NCBI RefSeq assembly: GCF_006345805.1
Contig: NC_043002.1
Span: forward strand, 114,638,001 to 114,702,000
Length of the DNA stretch: 64,000 nucleotides
From: Octopus sinensis
Lineage: Eukaryota
Direction of reading: 5' to 3'
The position numbers and the translations under genes are program-made. Position 1 is the stretch's first letter, and each line of letters starts with the position of its first letter. The notes beneath the pieces were generated by a model. That model searched no databases. It was not told the DNA's origin and was given only the letters and a program-made list of their open reading frames with translations. This document shows positions 51,760-64,000 of this stretch, in pieces.

Positions 51760-54700
51760 TAAGAGAAAGAGCGAGAGAGTACTCTTCTGTTTCGCTATTT
51801 CAGATACGAAAAGAACGTTTAACTCTAATTATGTAAATATGTAAATCGACTCTGTATAATAAAACGTATTGAGTTCTTTGGTATTCCTTCCGGGTTCGTA
51901 AACATGTATCTCTTACGCGAGCGTGCGTGTGTGTGCGCGCGTAGCGTGTATGTTTCTGTGTGTTCGTAAATCGGTCTGCATGGCTTCCTATGACGTACAC
52001 CTCTTAAATGTACGTAACTCCGATAAACTTACTTATTCAATGAATAGCTGGCGATAAGATGAATAAACTAATTACTGGTGTCGCTACTATTTATAGGAAC
52101 CAGTGAAAGTGGTGCTCCAGCATAGCCGCTGTCCAAGACAGAAAACGATAAAATGAAAAGAAAATATTAAAACAATATACACGAATCGCAGACAAAATGT
52201 CTTCCATCATTGAATAATGTTAAGATGAAAACACACTCAGATTATATTTTACAACACATATTGCACATTTAGAAGTAAGATGTATGCGACTAATGTTATA
52301 CGTCGCTTCAAATATAAGCATAAAAACTGTGGACTGTCAGAGGTCATTCTGGCACCATTCGTTCCTGTAGGCAAGAAAGGAATATTACAATATATTATTT
52401 AATACACCATACGGCACTTGTCAATAGAAAAGACTAGAAACACGCAGCGCTATTGTGTTTGGCTTCACTTACAAAAGAATGGACGTCTTGCCGTTGAGTC
52501 AATACTAATACTGCAAAAGTCGTAACATACAAAAACAACATGGTGACTACATTAACAGTTTTCCATTAATGCTATTCTACCAAATATAACATTGCTTACT
52601 ATAGCAAATAAAATGGAAAGGTTAGAGAAGATATAAAAACCAAGTGTATATATCCACCATTCTAAAGTTGAACATTCTGACGGTAGTTTTGCATAAAGGT
52701 TGTATACAACATCCAAATAGCAATACGTCTGGAGGAAATATTGATATCCATTTACAAAACACACACGCACCACATACACACTAACACATACACATGCACA
52801 CTACACACACATACAACAATATGTACAAATACACACGTATGTGTATATGTGCATTGGTTTAATAGTACATTTGTGGCCATGAATGACGTTTTGACTATAT
52901 TAAGATAGGTTTTCGAGAGCTATATAGTCTCTTTTGCAATAAATTAAGGAGAAGCAGTTGTAAATTTATGGTCTTTTAACAGTCATCGATAGAAATAACT
53001 AGGAGTTTATGAAGAAATACTTGATGAATTCTATAATGTTCTTGAATTTTCAGATCTAGCATATACAAACTGGAAATCCTGTCCTCCGGCACGCGCACAC
53101 ACATGGACAAACGCACACATGTACAACGCAAACAGATATACGCATACACACGGATGCACGTGCACACACGCTTGCACGTGCACACACACACACACACACA
53201 CACACACGTATTAGCCGTGTACTCGTCGAAAATGATTGCGTTTACTTCGACTAACTTTGAATAATTCTCAATGCTTTCTGCTTGAAGTTTTGTTCCAGTT
53301 TCTTTTTGTTTTAATTTGTTTTCCTTCAGATGTGCTTATTCTTTTTACCTCACCTCACACTCCTCCGTCATTTGCACTACTTCAACGACATATTTCATTC
53401 GCTCGCTTTTTCTGTCTCTCTCATTCTCTAGCGTGCACTTGCTATATCTATTATTTTTCACATTGCCTACCGAATTCCCCTTCTATTCTAGCGTTTTATC
53501 TTTCTACATTTCCCTTCTATGCTACTCGCGCCATCTCTTCTTTTGCATTTTCCATCCTACTTTATATTTAACTATCTTTTCACGTGCCTATCTGTCTCTA
53601 AAGCTGCTGACTTCCATGCTTTCAATTACAGCCTATCTATTTATCTATCTAATCAGCCATTGTTTATAAGTCTTTCTTTTTCTTTATTTCACAACTCTCA
53701 GCTGAGCTACTGCTTTCTCTTTCGAGCGTGACAGAACAGGAAAAAAAAGAAAAAGAATTTGACATATGACTTAACATTTTATATCTGTATATGTTTAAGA
53801 TATTTTGAAGAGTATGGTTCGGTGAGATTGTAGTCACTGAAGTGAGAAACTCGTAGAGAAAGAAGTTTTGAATGTGGAAAAGAGTTGGAAAAAATAAACG
53901 CCCTTTGTTAAAAATAAAAGACAGAAGCAAAATAACTCTGGTACCGTTACCGAAATGTTAGATTCTACTTCACAAAAAATGTTTTACTTCATACATACAT
54001 AAATAACATATCTTAATATTAGGTATTTCTTAATCTTTTATATTTTTATCTCGTTTTCTTTCTATGCGCAGTTGCATTCCTTCTTTTATAAAGAATCAGA
54101 GACACCTCGAAGACATGTTCTTTAGGAAAATGTTCTAATTATACTCAGAGATACATTTTCTGGAACATGTCTATGTCTATATTTATATTTAACACTGATG
54201 TCATCACTGAAGCGACTGTGTTATTATTTATATTGTACCTATTACAAACGGAATGATGGCCAAATTTCTGACATATCAAACATTTTCGATTCAATGATGA
54301 AGTCTGAGTAAATGCTTAGATTTACAACTTATGCACCATATTCCGTATCGCAATGCCAATTGTTGAAATATAATTGTGATTTGTATTATCGTTGGTGATG
54401 TTAGAATCTCGTAAGCTTTCTGCATTACTTTGAAAGACTGATTGACAGACTGATCGAACTCAATGCCTTGGCGTATTCAGTTACGCTCCTTTTCATTCTG
54501 AGTTCAAACTTTGTAGAAGTTATTTTGTCCCTCACCCTTCTCAATCTTCTGTGGTCGTTAAATTGGTGCTAGTCTGGTATCGGTGGTATCTCTCTGATCT
54601 ATTAAACTATCTCTCCAAATTTCGTCAGTAGGAAGACTCTCAGACGTTTCAATGACCCTTACCCTGTTTAACTTGCAAAAAAAAATACGATTTGTTTTCG

Positions 54701-55665
54701 AATAATTGTTAACATTTTCGTATTCTGTAAGCAAAGTTTACTATAAATACAAGATGGCTTCATCTTTGAAAGGGAGTGGGGAGGGAGTGCTCTCCAGTGT
54801 GGCAGAAAATAATATAATTAAATACGCCCTTCTCCTGGAAATGGATAAAGTGCAGTGTAGAAAGCCACGGGGCTTTGTACACTGCACGCCTGACGAAAAA
54901 CTACCTTCAATGTTTTTAGTAGTGCAGCCCATCTGATGATGAATCATGTTACACGCGGCCCACTTCTGGAAGAAGGTTGTCAATACCCGAAGCATAAATT
55001 ATAACATTTAAAACGAGAACAATATCCAGACTACTAACAACACCAAATAAACAGACGGAGAAAAAAGTTTCAAACGAAAAAGTAATGAACTAGTTGTGAA
55101 CAACAACAGTAAGAATATTTCTTATGTAATGAGCCACAAAGTGCGTATGGACTTGTGTAAGTTCAATGGAAAAGAAACAGACCAAAGACAAAGGTAAATA
55201 CTCTGGAGGAGTTTGTTATACAAGACAATGACTCCTTTCAGAGTAATACATGTATGAAGGGCAGGTAGAAGCGTAACACACTTCTGTACTGCTGGAGATG
55301 AAAGGGAATTTCACATGTACTCAAAAAAGTTGTTGCAGGAACCTTTGGGCAAATAAGACGTGAATTACACCAACTACAACAAAATATATGACAGTGTTTA
55401 ACTGGTTTCAACTTCAACCATGAGTTGTAGTGAAAGACTGGTTTAGTACCAACAAACGTCTGTTCATAGGTATAGACGACAATACACTGGTTAGCGCAAT
55501 ATAAGTGTGGGAGTCGAAGATCATAGCAACGATATTGGTCCCTGGTTCGTCCTCACTCTTGTATAATATGGATAGGCTTTGTACAGAGCCATGTACATAC
55601 AACAAACATGTAAATTCAAAAGGTCAATAAAAACTTTAAAAGTTTTAATCTTTCATTATATATAT

Positions 55666-55891
55666 TTCTTTACTACCCACAAGGGGCTAAACACAGAGGG
55701 GACAAACAAGGACAGACATAGGTATTAAGTCGATTACATCGACCCCAGTGCGTAACTGGTACTTTATTTATCGATCCCGAAAGGATGAAAGGCAAAGTCG
55801 ACCTCGGCGGAATTTGAACTCAGAACGTAGCGGCAGACGGAATACCGCTAAGCATTTCTCTCGGCGCGCTAACGTTTCTGCCAGCTCGCCG
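55666..55891 (-). mobile_element. Full-length SINE family A with 16-bp TSD
   Basis: CTTTCATTATATATAT at 55650-55665 and 55892-55907. Confidence 0.92.
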
Positions 55892-56084
55892 CTTTCATTA
55901 TATATATCGCCACAGAATCCAGGAAATCGGTTTTATGAGCCTATGGCTTGGGAGGAATCTTTGATCTATCTTTTTGATGTACATATATACACATACTCAT
56001 AGACACACACACACACACACATATATACAAACGTACACAGATACACAGTCATTTATATATATATATATATATTATATATATATA

Positions 56085-56466
56085 GGCGCAAGAGTGGCTA
56101 TGTGGTAAGTAGCTTGCTTACCAACCACATGGTTCCGGGTTCAGTCACTGCAAGTGATTTATACTACAGCCTTGGGCCGACCAAAGCCTTGTAGATTTCG
56201 TAGAGGTAGATTTGGTAGACGGAAACTGAAAGAAGCCCGTCGTATATATATATATATCTTTGTATGTCTGTGTTTGCCCCCACCATCACTTGACACCTGA
56301 TGTTGTTGTGTTTACGTCCCCGTAACTTAACGGTTCAGCAAAAGTGGCCGATAGAATAAGAACTAGGCTGCCAAGGATAAGTCCTGGGGTCGATTTGTTC
56401 AACTAAAGGCTGTGCTCCAGCATGGCCGCAGTCAAATGACAGAAACAAAGAAAAGAATAAAAGAAT
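56085..56466 (+). mobile_element. Near full-length SINE family B
   Basis: GGCGCAAGAGTGGCTATGTGG (A-box-like), GGTTCAGTC (B-box-like), internal TA tract, (AAAGAAT)n-type tail. Confidence 0.9.
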
Positions 56467-56859
56467 CTATACATATATATAAGAAATGTATCTCTCTCTC
56501 TCTCTCTCTATGTATATATATACTTTATTTTTGAAATAATAGCACGAAATTTAATATGCAAAAAAAAAAAAAAATTCCTCACGAAGATATAAATGTCTAA
56601 AATAGTATTTATTGAAAATATATGTAAATATATGAAGCATAAAAGTTTTAAAATTTGTTAATTAATGCATCTTACGATCGTTTCACAAAAGTATTGTCAT
56701 TATAATGGAATCCATTGTTGATACACATTGATAGACAATACTTCCGCTCGTCAGAGATGGAGAAGATAAAGTTTTTATAATGTATCGAATTCTGTTTTAA
56801 AATTAGAAAAATATATCACAAAGTATTTTTGAAAATAGATTAAAATTTACTGGTTTATA

Positions 56860-57000
56860 TGGATGGATGGATGGATGGATGGATGGATTGATGGATGGAT
56901 GGATGGATATATGGATGGATGGATGGACGGACGGATAGGTGGAGGGATGGATGGATAGATGGAGGGATGGATGGATAGATGGAGGGATGGATGGATTGAT
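56860..57000. repeat. (GGAT)n array
   Basis: Directly visible. Confidence 0.95.
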
Positions 57001-57664
57001 ATAGCGACAACACACATCTACTATACGTGCTTCAGCTGGATAAAACTTTGCTGATTCCCCCCACGCACACACCTCACTCCTGTCTGACTATTCTTTAAAC
57101 GTTTTCATTTAGCTTTGAACAAAACCTCAAACACCTGGAACTACAGAGACGATATTCTTCTGAGTGAATTCGCTTTCGCTCCTGTAGAGAACCACGTGGG
57201 GTTGTTGTTTGTTGTACGCAAACACGAGCACACAGAGGCACATGCAAAGACCCACAAGCACAGACAGATACAGACTCGCACAAATACATGCAAACAAATA
57301 CAAACATTTCTAGGGGCATACACACAGGTACGCACACTTTCTTCTCATGTACGCCTGCTAGCCAGCATCAGAGAACACATATGTTGATTTGCACAGACGT
57401 AAAACATGGAGAAAAAAACTCTATATGCACACAAAACACCTCATAACACTGATGCTTACAATTATTGCCTAATATTTCGCACACACACACATACGCGCGA
57501 GCACACACTTCTTTACTATGAGCTGCTGTTTTGCAATTATAATTCAGTTATAACGTTATTTATTACTTCGCCTACCTTTCAGCAGATTGTGAAATATAAA
57601 GAGGGGAAATAAAGAGAAAGAAATAGAAAACAAAGATAAAAAATTAAAGAACAAAAATAAAAAT

Positions 57665-57685
57665 AATAGAAGAATCATTATATAT

Positions 57686-57764
<79 letters not shown>

Positions 57765-57802
57765 ATATTATATATATAATATATATATATATATATATTA
57801 TG

Positions 57803-57839
<37 letters not shown>

Positions 57840-58216
57840 GTATGTATATATATGTATATATGTATGTATGTTTGTATATCTATGTATATATATATATGCG
57901 TATATATATATGTGTGTGTAAATATGTGTGTAAATACGTATGCGTGTACATATGTGTATATATATTCAAATATGAATGAGAAGCAGCCTGAGGAATATAA
58001 ACATCGAGCATACACACACACACACACAAACTATTTTTCTAACTATATCCATATATATAAAATAAATACATACATATATACGTACATATGTGTGTGTGTG
58101 TGTATACACGCACACACACACACACACACCACACACACAAACTATTTTTCTAACTATATCCATATATATAAAATAAATACATACATATATACGTACATAT
58201 GTGTGTGTGTGTGTAT

Positions 58217-58254
<38 letters not shown>

Positions 58255-58260
58255 ACATAT
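57665..58260. repeat. (TA)n array followed by a 111-bp tandem duplication
   Basis: AAACTATTTTTCTAAC at 58028 and 58139. Confidence 0.9.
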
Positions 58261-58694
58261 GTGTATATACATACCCACGCATATATACAAGCATGCACGC
58301 ACGAAAACACTCATGTATATTAATATATGTAAATTATACTAACATATTGATAGTTCTGTCGAAACTGCACACGCACGCATATACACAAAAACGAACATAC
58401 GGTTAAACTCACATACTCACATATGTAGAATCTGAGCAGATTAATGCACACACGTATTCCCACACGCATCTGGCATCCGCTATATAAATATAAACAAACT
58501 AAGTGTACGCACACACATACAGTTATATAATCCCCTCTGTGGAATAACACGCATTTAATGTACCAGTTTTTCTTAAATAAGTGTGTTTATGAACAGCGGA
58601 CAGGTGCCTTGAGTAAATATTGTTAGGATAGGCTGTAGACAAATAAAAACACCGTCAACTAATCATTATCCGGGATATTTAAGAAAATCTGTGA

Positions 58695-58715
58695 CTATAA
58701 TCTATCTATCTATCT

Positions 58716-58778
<63 letters not shown>

Positions 58779-58828
58779 CTCTGTCTACCTATCTATCTAT
58801 TATCTATCTGTCTATCTATCTATCTATC

Positions 58829-58881
<53 letters not shown>

Positions 58882-58886
58882 GTCTG

Positions 58887-58933
<47 letters not shown>

Positions 58934-58945
58934 GTCTATCTATCT
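58695..58945. repeat. (TCTA)n array
   Basis: Directly visible. Confidence 0.97.
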
Positions 58946-59029
58946 ACATACATACATACACACACTTACACAAACGCGCACACACACACACGCACACATA
59001 CACACACACACACACGGACACTCACATGT

Positions 59030-59227
59030 ATATATATCTTTTATATTTATCTCGTTCCAGTTACTTGATTGCAGACATAGTGGGACACCAGCTTGAAGGG
59101 TGTCCCAGGGATTATTTTTTAAAGCTTAGTACTTATTCTATTGGGCTGTTTGCCGCACCGCTAGGCTACGAGGACGTAAACTCACCGACATCGGTTGTCA
59201 AACGCAGACATGACACACACATACACT

Positions 59228-59285
<58 letters not shown>

Positions 59286-59314
59286 CATAGAGATAGATAG
59301 ATAGATAGACAGAG

Positions 59315-59393
<79 letters not shown>

Positions 59394-59426
59394 CAGATAG
59401 ATATAGACAGATAGATAGATAGACAT

Positions 59427-59467
<41 letters not shown>

Positions 59468-59616
59468 CGATGGGCTTTCAGTTTCCGTCTATCAAATCCA
59501 CTCACAAGGCTTTTGTCAGCCCGAGGCTATAGTAGAAGACACTTGCCCTAAGTGCCACGCAACGGGACTGAACTCGGAAACATATGGTTAGGAAGCAAGT
59601 TTCTTACCACGCACGC
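59030..59616 (-). mobile_element. SINE family B with ~240-bp internal (GATA)n expansion
   Basis: Family B head and tail flank the array at 59226-59465. Confidence 0.85.
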
Positions 59617-60710
59617 GCACACACACACACTCACACACACACACACATATTTTGTTACGTTAAGAAGCGATCCCCGGTACCAGAAGTTTCGACTTGAATC
59701 AAACATAAACTACTCTAAATTGTTGATATATCCGCATTGGTAACTGGCATCGAATCATATTTGATGACAACAATGAAGTCAAAGAAAACAGTGATATTTT
59801 GAAATCCTTTTTTTTTCAACATGTGTTTGAAACTGTGGAAGGTTTATGCAATAGAATTGTTTTCTAATACAAATAGGCAAACCTGAAACATTTCCGAATG
59901 CAACGCCCTTGATCTGGGCTTAATAAGGACATCACAACTCAGGGACAAACTGAAAATAGTCGAAAGAATAGTATAACATAACCGTATAAAACTATACACT
60001 TGGCTTTACATACATAATACATGCAGCCATACATCCATAAGTACATGCGTGGCTGAGTGGAAAGAAACTTGCTTCCCAACCATACGGTTTCGGTTTGAGT
60101 TCTACTGCGTAGAATCGTGGGCAAGATTTTTCTATAATAGCCTCGGGTTATAATGTGTGTGCATGTGTCTATAAAAGGAGTAAAACACAATATCTATCCA
60201 GTGCTGCCCTCAGATTACTAGATGCATTTCAAGTTATTCTTATCATAAGAGAGAATTTATTCTCCACGGTAGGTGCAGTGAATTTGCCTGTAGGTGTTGA
60301 AATATGTTACAAACATTTAACTGAACTAAATTTTGCTTATGCCTAAACACTGCTTGGCTCTGATACTGCTAAAAAAATGTTGGACCTGACGGTCTAATGG
60401 CGCACGCAGTTGATGTTTTAGTTAAAGCTACAGTTTTAATTCAGTCAGTCCAGGGTTGTCTCTCTTCGGCATTTCCCATTGGAATACGGCTAAAGAGTTA
60501 GAAACGACTGTGGGATTCCGACAGGGGACAATACTGGAAAGATATGGTGTTTTTACACCTTTATGCTACAAGAGGGAAATTTTCTCTGCGATAATTGCAG
60601 TGAATTTGCCTTCAGAAGTTGAAATATGCCACGAACATATATTAACTAACCCAAAGTTTGCATATGTACACATATGTATGTGTTTGTGTGTATGTATATA
60701 ACAATCATAT

Positions 60711-60784
<74 letters not shown>

Positions 60785-60949
60785 CACCAAGTAAGTTAGG
60801 GGTTGTGGAATGTATATATGTATGTTATTAACGTTTCCGTTTTTGTTAAATAAATAAGGCAACATTCTAATATCCGAAAGCTGATGAACAAACTAAATTG
60901 TTTCTCCATTTTCTTAATTGTATTATATATATATATATATATATATACA

Positions 60950-62675
60950 TTATACCGGAATAAACACATAAATGTGAAACAAGGTGGAAAAAAAGAGTAT
61001 TCAAATACCAGGGGTAGAGTAATATGCTTTATTTAAAAGCAGCAGAAATTCAACAAAACCTGTTACTCGGAGTTTCACGATACCCAGAAAATAAGACCAG
61101 CCTGGCGAAATATGTCTGGGAACTAAAAGAAAAAGAAGCCCGACCTTTCATCGTGTCATGGACCATTCTAGAGAAAGCGGAACCATACAGGCACGGGGCA
61201 CACAAGAAAAATTTTAAATGCAATCTCTGTTTGTTAGAGAAATATTACATTTTATTCAAAGACAATAATTCTTTGAATCAAAGAAGTGAGCTGATGAACT
61301 CATGCAGGCACGCAACCAAATTCAAAATGTCGAACATAAATATCCCATATGGATAGCGTATATTTTTTGTCTTTTTGATTTTTTGATTCTTGGACTAGTC
61401 TTTAATCAAACCGATGGATTTGTTTCGCGCTATGCAGATTTCATTCCGCATAGCAAAGTCTTGTGCATATATCTTGTTTATATTTTGTTTATATATTGAC
61501 ATATTCCTTAGAAAAAACCTTCGACTTGGTTTATTTCATTTTATTATATTGTATAGGCTCACTTTAGTATTTAATTTATAGATAATCCAATATAGGGTGT
61601 TATATTTTGCATGTCTTTTGTCTAAAATATTTATTATTATGCACTCAGCAAACTTTAAAAAAATTATGTTGTCAGATCTTAGGCATTTTTATGTGAATAT
61701 GTGTATTGGCATGAATATGTTTTTGTAAGCATACGTCTATGTATATGCGTAAGTGAGCGTAAGTTTGTACTTATGCACATACACACATGAAAGTAAGTAT
61801 ATGCATGTAACCACTTGGACTTGTGTGTTTGCGTACTTGTCTCTATATATGTGTTCGTATATGTGTATTTACTGCTTACATAATTTGTATGCAAACATTC
61901 GTCGCGTATAGTCAGAATTTTAATATTTTCCTTTTTCTTTTTTCTTTTTTTCCTTTTCTCTTTTTCTTTTTTCTCTCTTCCTTTCTTTGGTTTTTTCTCT
62001 CCCTATTCGTTACTTGTATAGAGTCCTGTAACTTTACGCCCCTCCTCCTCCCTTACTTACGCCTTTAGCTTTCTGTTGCTTACAAGAGCGTTCTACCCCC
62101 CCTCCATGAATTTCCCTTATAGTCTATATGGATACAAGTGATTTTTGCATGCGAGCAAGATTGCGTATACATATGTGTACATGCATTTGTGTGTATATTT
62201 TCATTTTGCATTTATATGTCTGTATATGTATGTGGTCTGCGTACATCTATCAGTGTACGTTGATGTATATATATGTATATTAATAGTTTAGTATGAGTAT
62301 GTACTGTTGTGAAATATTTTAATATATTTTAATATTTTAATTTCAATTTTTATGTATTAATTATATTTTCTGCATTATTAATGGCAATATGAATTTGAAC
62401 CAAAGATTCGATTTAAAGTTTTTCATCGATTTTTATAGTTTTATATTTTATATTGAACTCATTTATTTGTTTTGTTTAATTTTTGTTTATCGCTCGCATA
62501 TGAGCGTTATTTGAAAGGACCAATCAAGCAAGTCCATTTTTAATGGTGTAACGTTTATACTAGTCTTGATAGAATTGTCATATCGGTTCAATTTTAACAA
62601 AACTGTCTGACGAACGGGAACGTGAAACTCCGAGTAACAGGTATTGTTGAGTTCTGCTGTTTTTAAATAAAGTAT
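60950..62675 (+). mobile_element. Penelope-like element (PLE) 3' remnant: inverted terminal piece, GIY-YIG C-terminal half, 3' region with hammerhead
   Basis: 61080-61356 encodes TSLAKYVWELK..VSWTILEKAEPY..CNLCLLEKYYIL..LNQRSELMNSCRH..KF, typical of PLE endonuclease C-termini; 61027-61080 is an inverted copy of 62620-62672. Confidence 0.75.
62603..62640 (+). ncRNA. Canonical minimal type I hammerhead ribozyme
   Basis: CTGT-CTGACGA-ACG(GGAA)CGT-GAAAC-T(CCG)A-GTA-ACAG: 4-bp stem I, intact core, GNRA-capped stem II, 3-bp stem III, predicted cleavage after GUA at 62636. Confidence 0.85.
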
Positions 62676-62726
62676 ATATACATTATACATATATATGTTT
62701 ATGTATATAAACACATGTATACATGC

Positions 62727-62796
<70 letters not shown>

Positions 62797-62822
62797 GCAT
62801 ATATATACTTGCATATACTATA

Positions 62823-62853
<31 letters not shown>

Positions 62854-63586
62854 CACTAGAGTCAACAGGTGAGATCAGAGATTTTCGGTATAGAAAACAC
62901 TTAATAACGCTCAAATAATTCGAACATAGATTTCGATGTCTTTACGAGGTACCAATTCCGTGGGATGAAGAGTGGCTATAATGTATATATATAAATATAT
63001 ATTCTTTTATTCTTTTCAAAACCTAGGTGTTATATTTAATGTGTTTATCCACACAATTGTCTCCCTGTACCTGTTATATAGATATACACGCATACACACA
63101 AACATACACATGCACATATATATTCCCTTTTCACTATTTTGACAAGGAAAACTTCGTATCAATATTGGAGTGAAACAAGGTGTGAAGTTTATGCTTTCCT
63201 TAATGTTTATTTATTAACGTAAATAGATTAGTGCAAACTGAAATACGAAACTATGTTGCAGGCTTGGTTAGTCGATATTTTGTTCACCCTACAAATTTAT
63301 TAGATGTTAAAAACACATTTTGATCAAACACACAAAAGGGACCTATCTGTCTTGAGAATATGGTAATATTATTCTGTTCCAAGTGTATTAGCGGTTTATG
63401 AGAAGTGAAACCGGATATTCAAATCAGATCATGGATTGTGTTACTGGAGCTAAACATTCAATGTTCATTATAATCACTCAAAAAAGCCAAAAAGAAAAAT
63501 ATATATATTTATTTCAAATATAAACTGTTGTTGAGCATTGTTTTCTGGATTTAAGGTGGAAGAGTAGTTTCCATGATACTTTTCAG

Positions 63587-63695
63587 AGTTTTTCTTGGAG
63601 ATTTAGACTACTTTAAGAAGAAATTTTCCTCGCACTTGAAAAATGGCTCGAATACTTACAAGAAATTAGGATCGGTTAAGGCACCCACAGACCAG
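63587..63695 (+). CDS. Possible isolated coding exon, product unknown
   Basis: TACTTTTCAG acceptor, CAG|GTAATG donor, one open frame (VFLGDLDYFKKKFSSHLKNGSNTYKKLGSVKAPTDQ); no partner exon or homology recognised. Confidence 0.25.
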
Positions 63696-64000
63696 GTAAT
63701 GGTATAAAATCGGCCGGTAGATTAACCTTGCAGTCCAATGTGTGTAAGGCGCTATGTGTTCGAGTTTCATCTGGAACATAGTTTCAGTTATGTTTCTTGT
63801 AAACTTTTATGTTGACGTTCATATTTAAGCGATGTTTAGTCGTAAATAAATACTTTTCATTACACGTCACAATTATAATCATACCACAGTGCGGAATCTC
63901 GGGCAAGGTTATTCAATTATATATGCAGGCAGACCAATAACTTGAGAGTGCATCTGGTGAACGCAAAGTGCGTGGAAGCTCGTTCGGTTACTCCGGCCAT

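Overview
Gene-poor, repeat-dominated eukaryotic DNA. The tRNA-derived SINE families and the microsatellite load are most consistent with an octopus (cephalopod) genome, which is inferred from recognition and not from a search. I found no confident host gene; one weak candidate exon lies at 63587-63695, and most listed ORFs are microsatellite translations. The window holds: (i) non-LTR retrotransposon remnants (a Tx1/L1-clade ORF2 lacking its RT core, an R4/Dong-clade RT-CCHC-RLE 3' half flanked by (TAA)n, and a Penelope-like GIY-YIG C-terminus); (ii) many DNA-transposon fossils (mariner, Tc1, maT/DD37D-like, FLYWCH-MULE, hAT-like MITE); (iii) over 30 SINE copies with swappable heads and tails; (iv) very large (CATA)n, (TTA)n, (TA)n and (GATA)n arrays. 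There are two highlights. First, three unrelated short (TA)n-associated elements each carry a minimal type I hammerhead ribozyme motif, one of them fully canonical and linked to the Penelope-like endonuclease, suggesting a retrozyme-like system. Second, a ~560-bp non-coding element stacks in tandem inside (TAA)n, and its 5' ~135 nt is also fused to the R4/Dong copy, suggesting a microsatellite-targeted autonomous/non-autonomous pair. Coordinates were read by eye, and degenerate boundaries are approximate.
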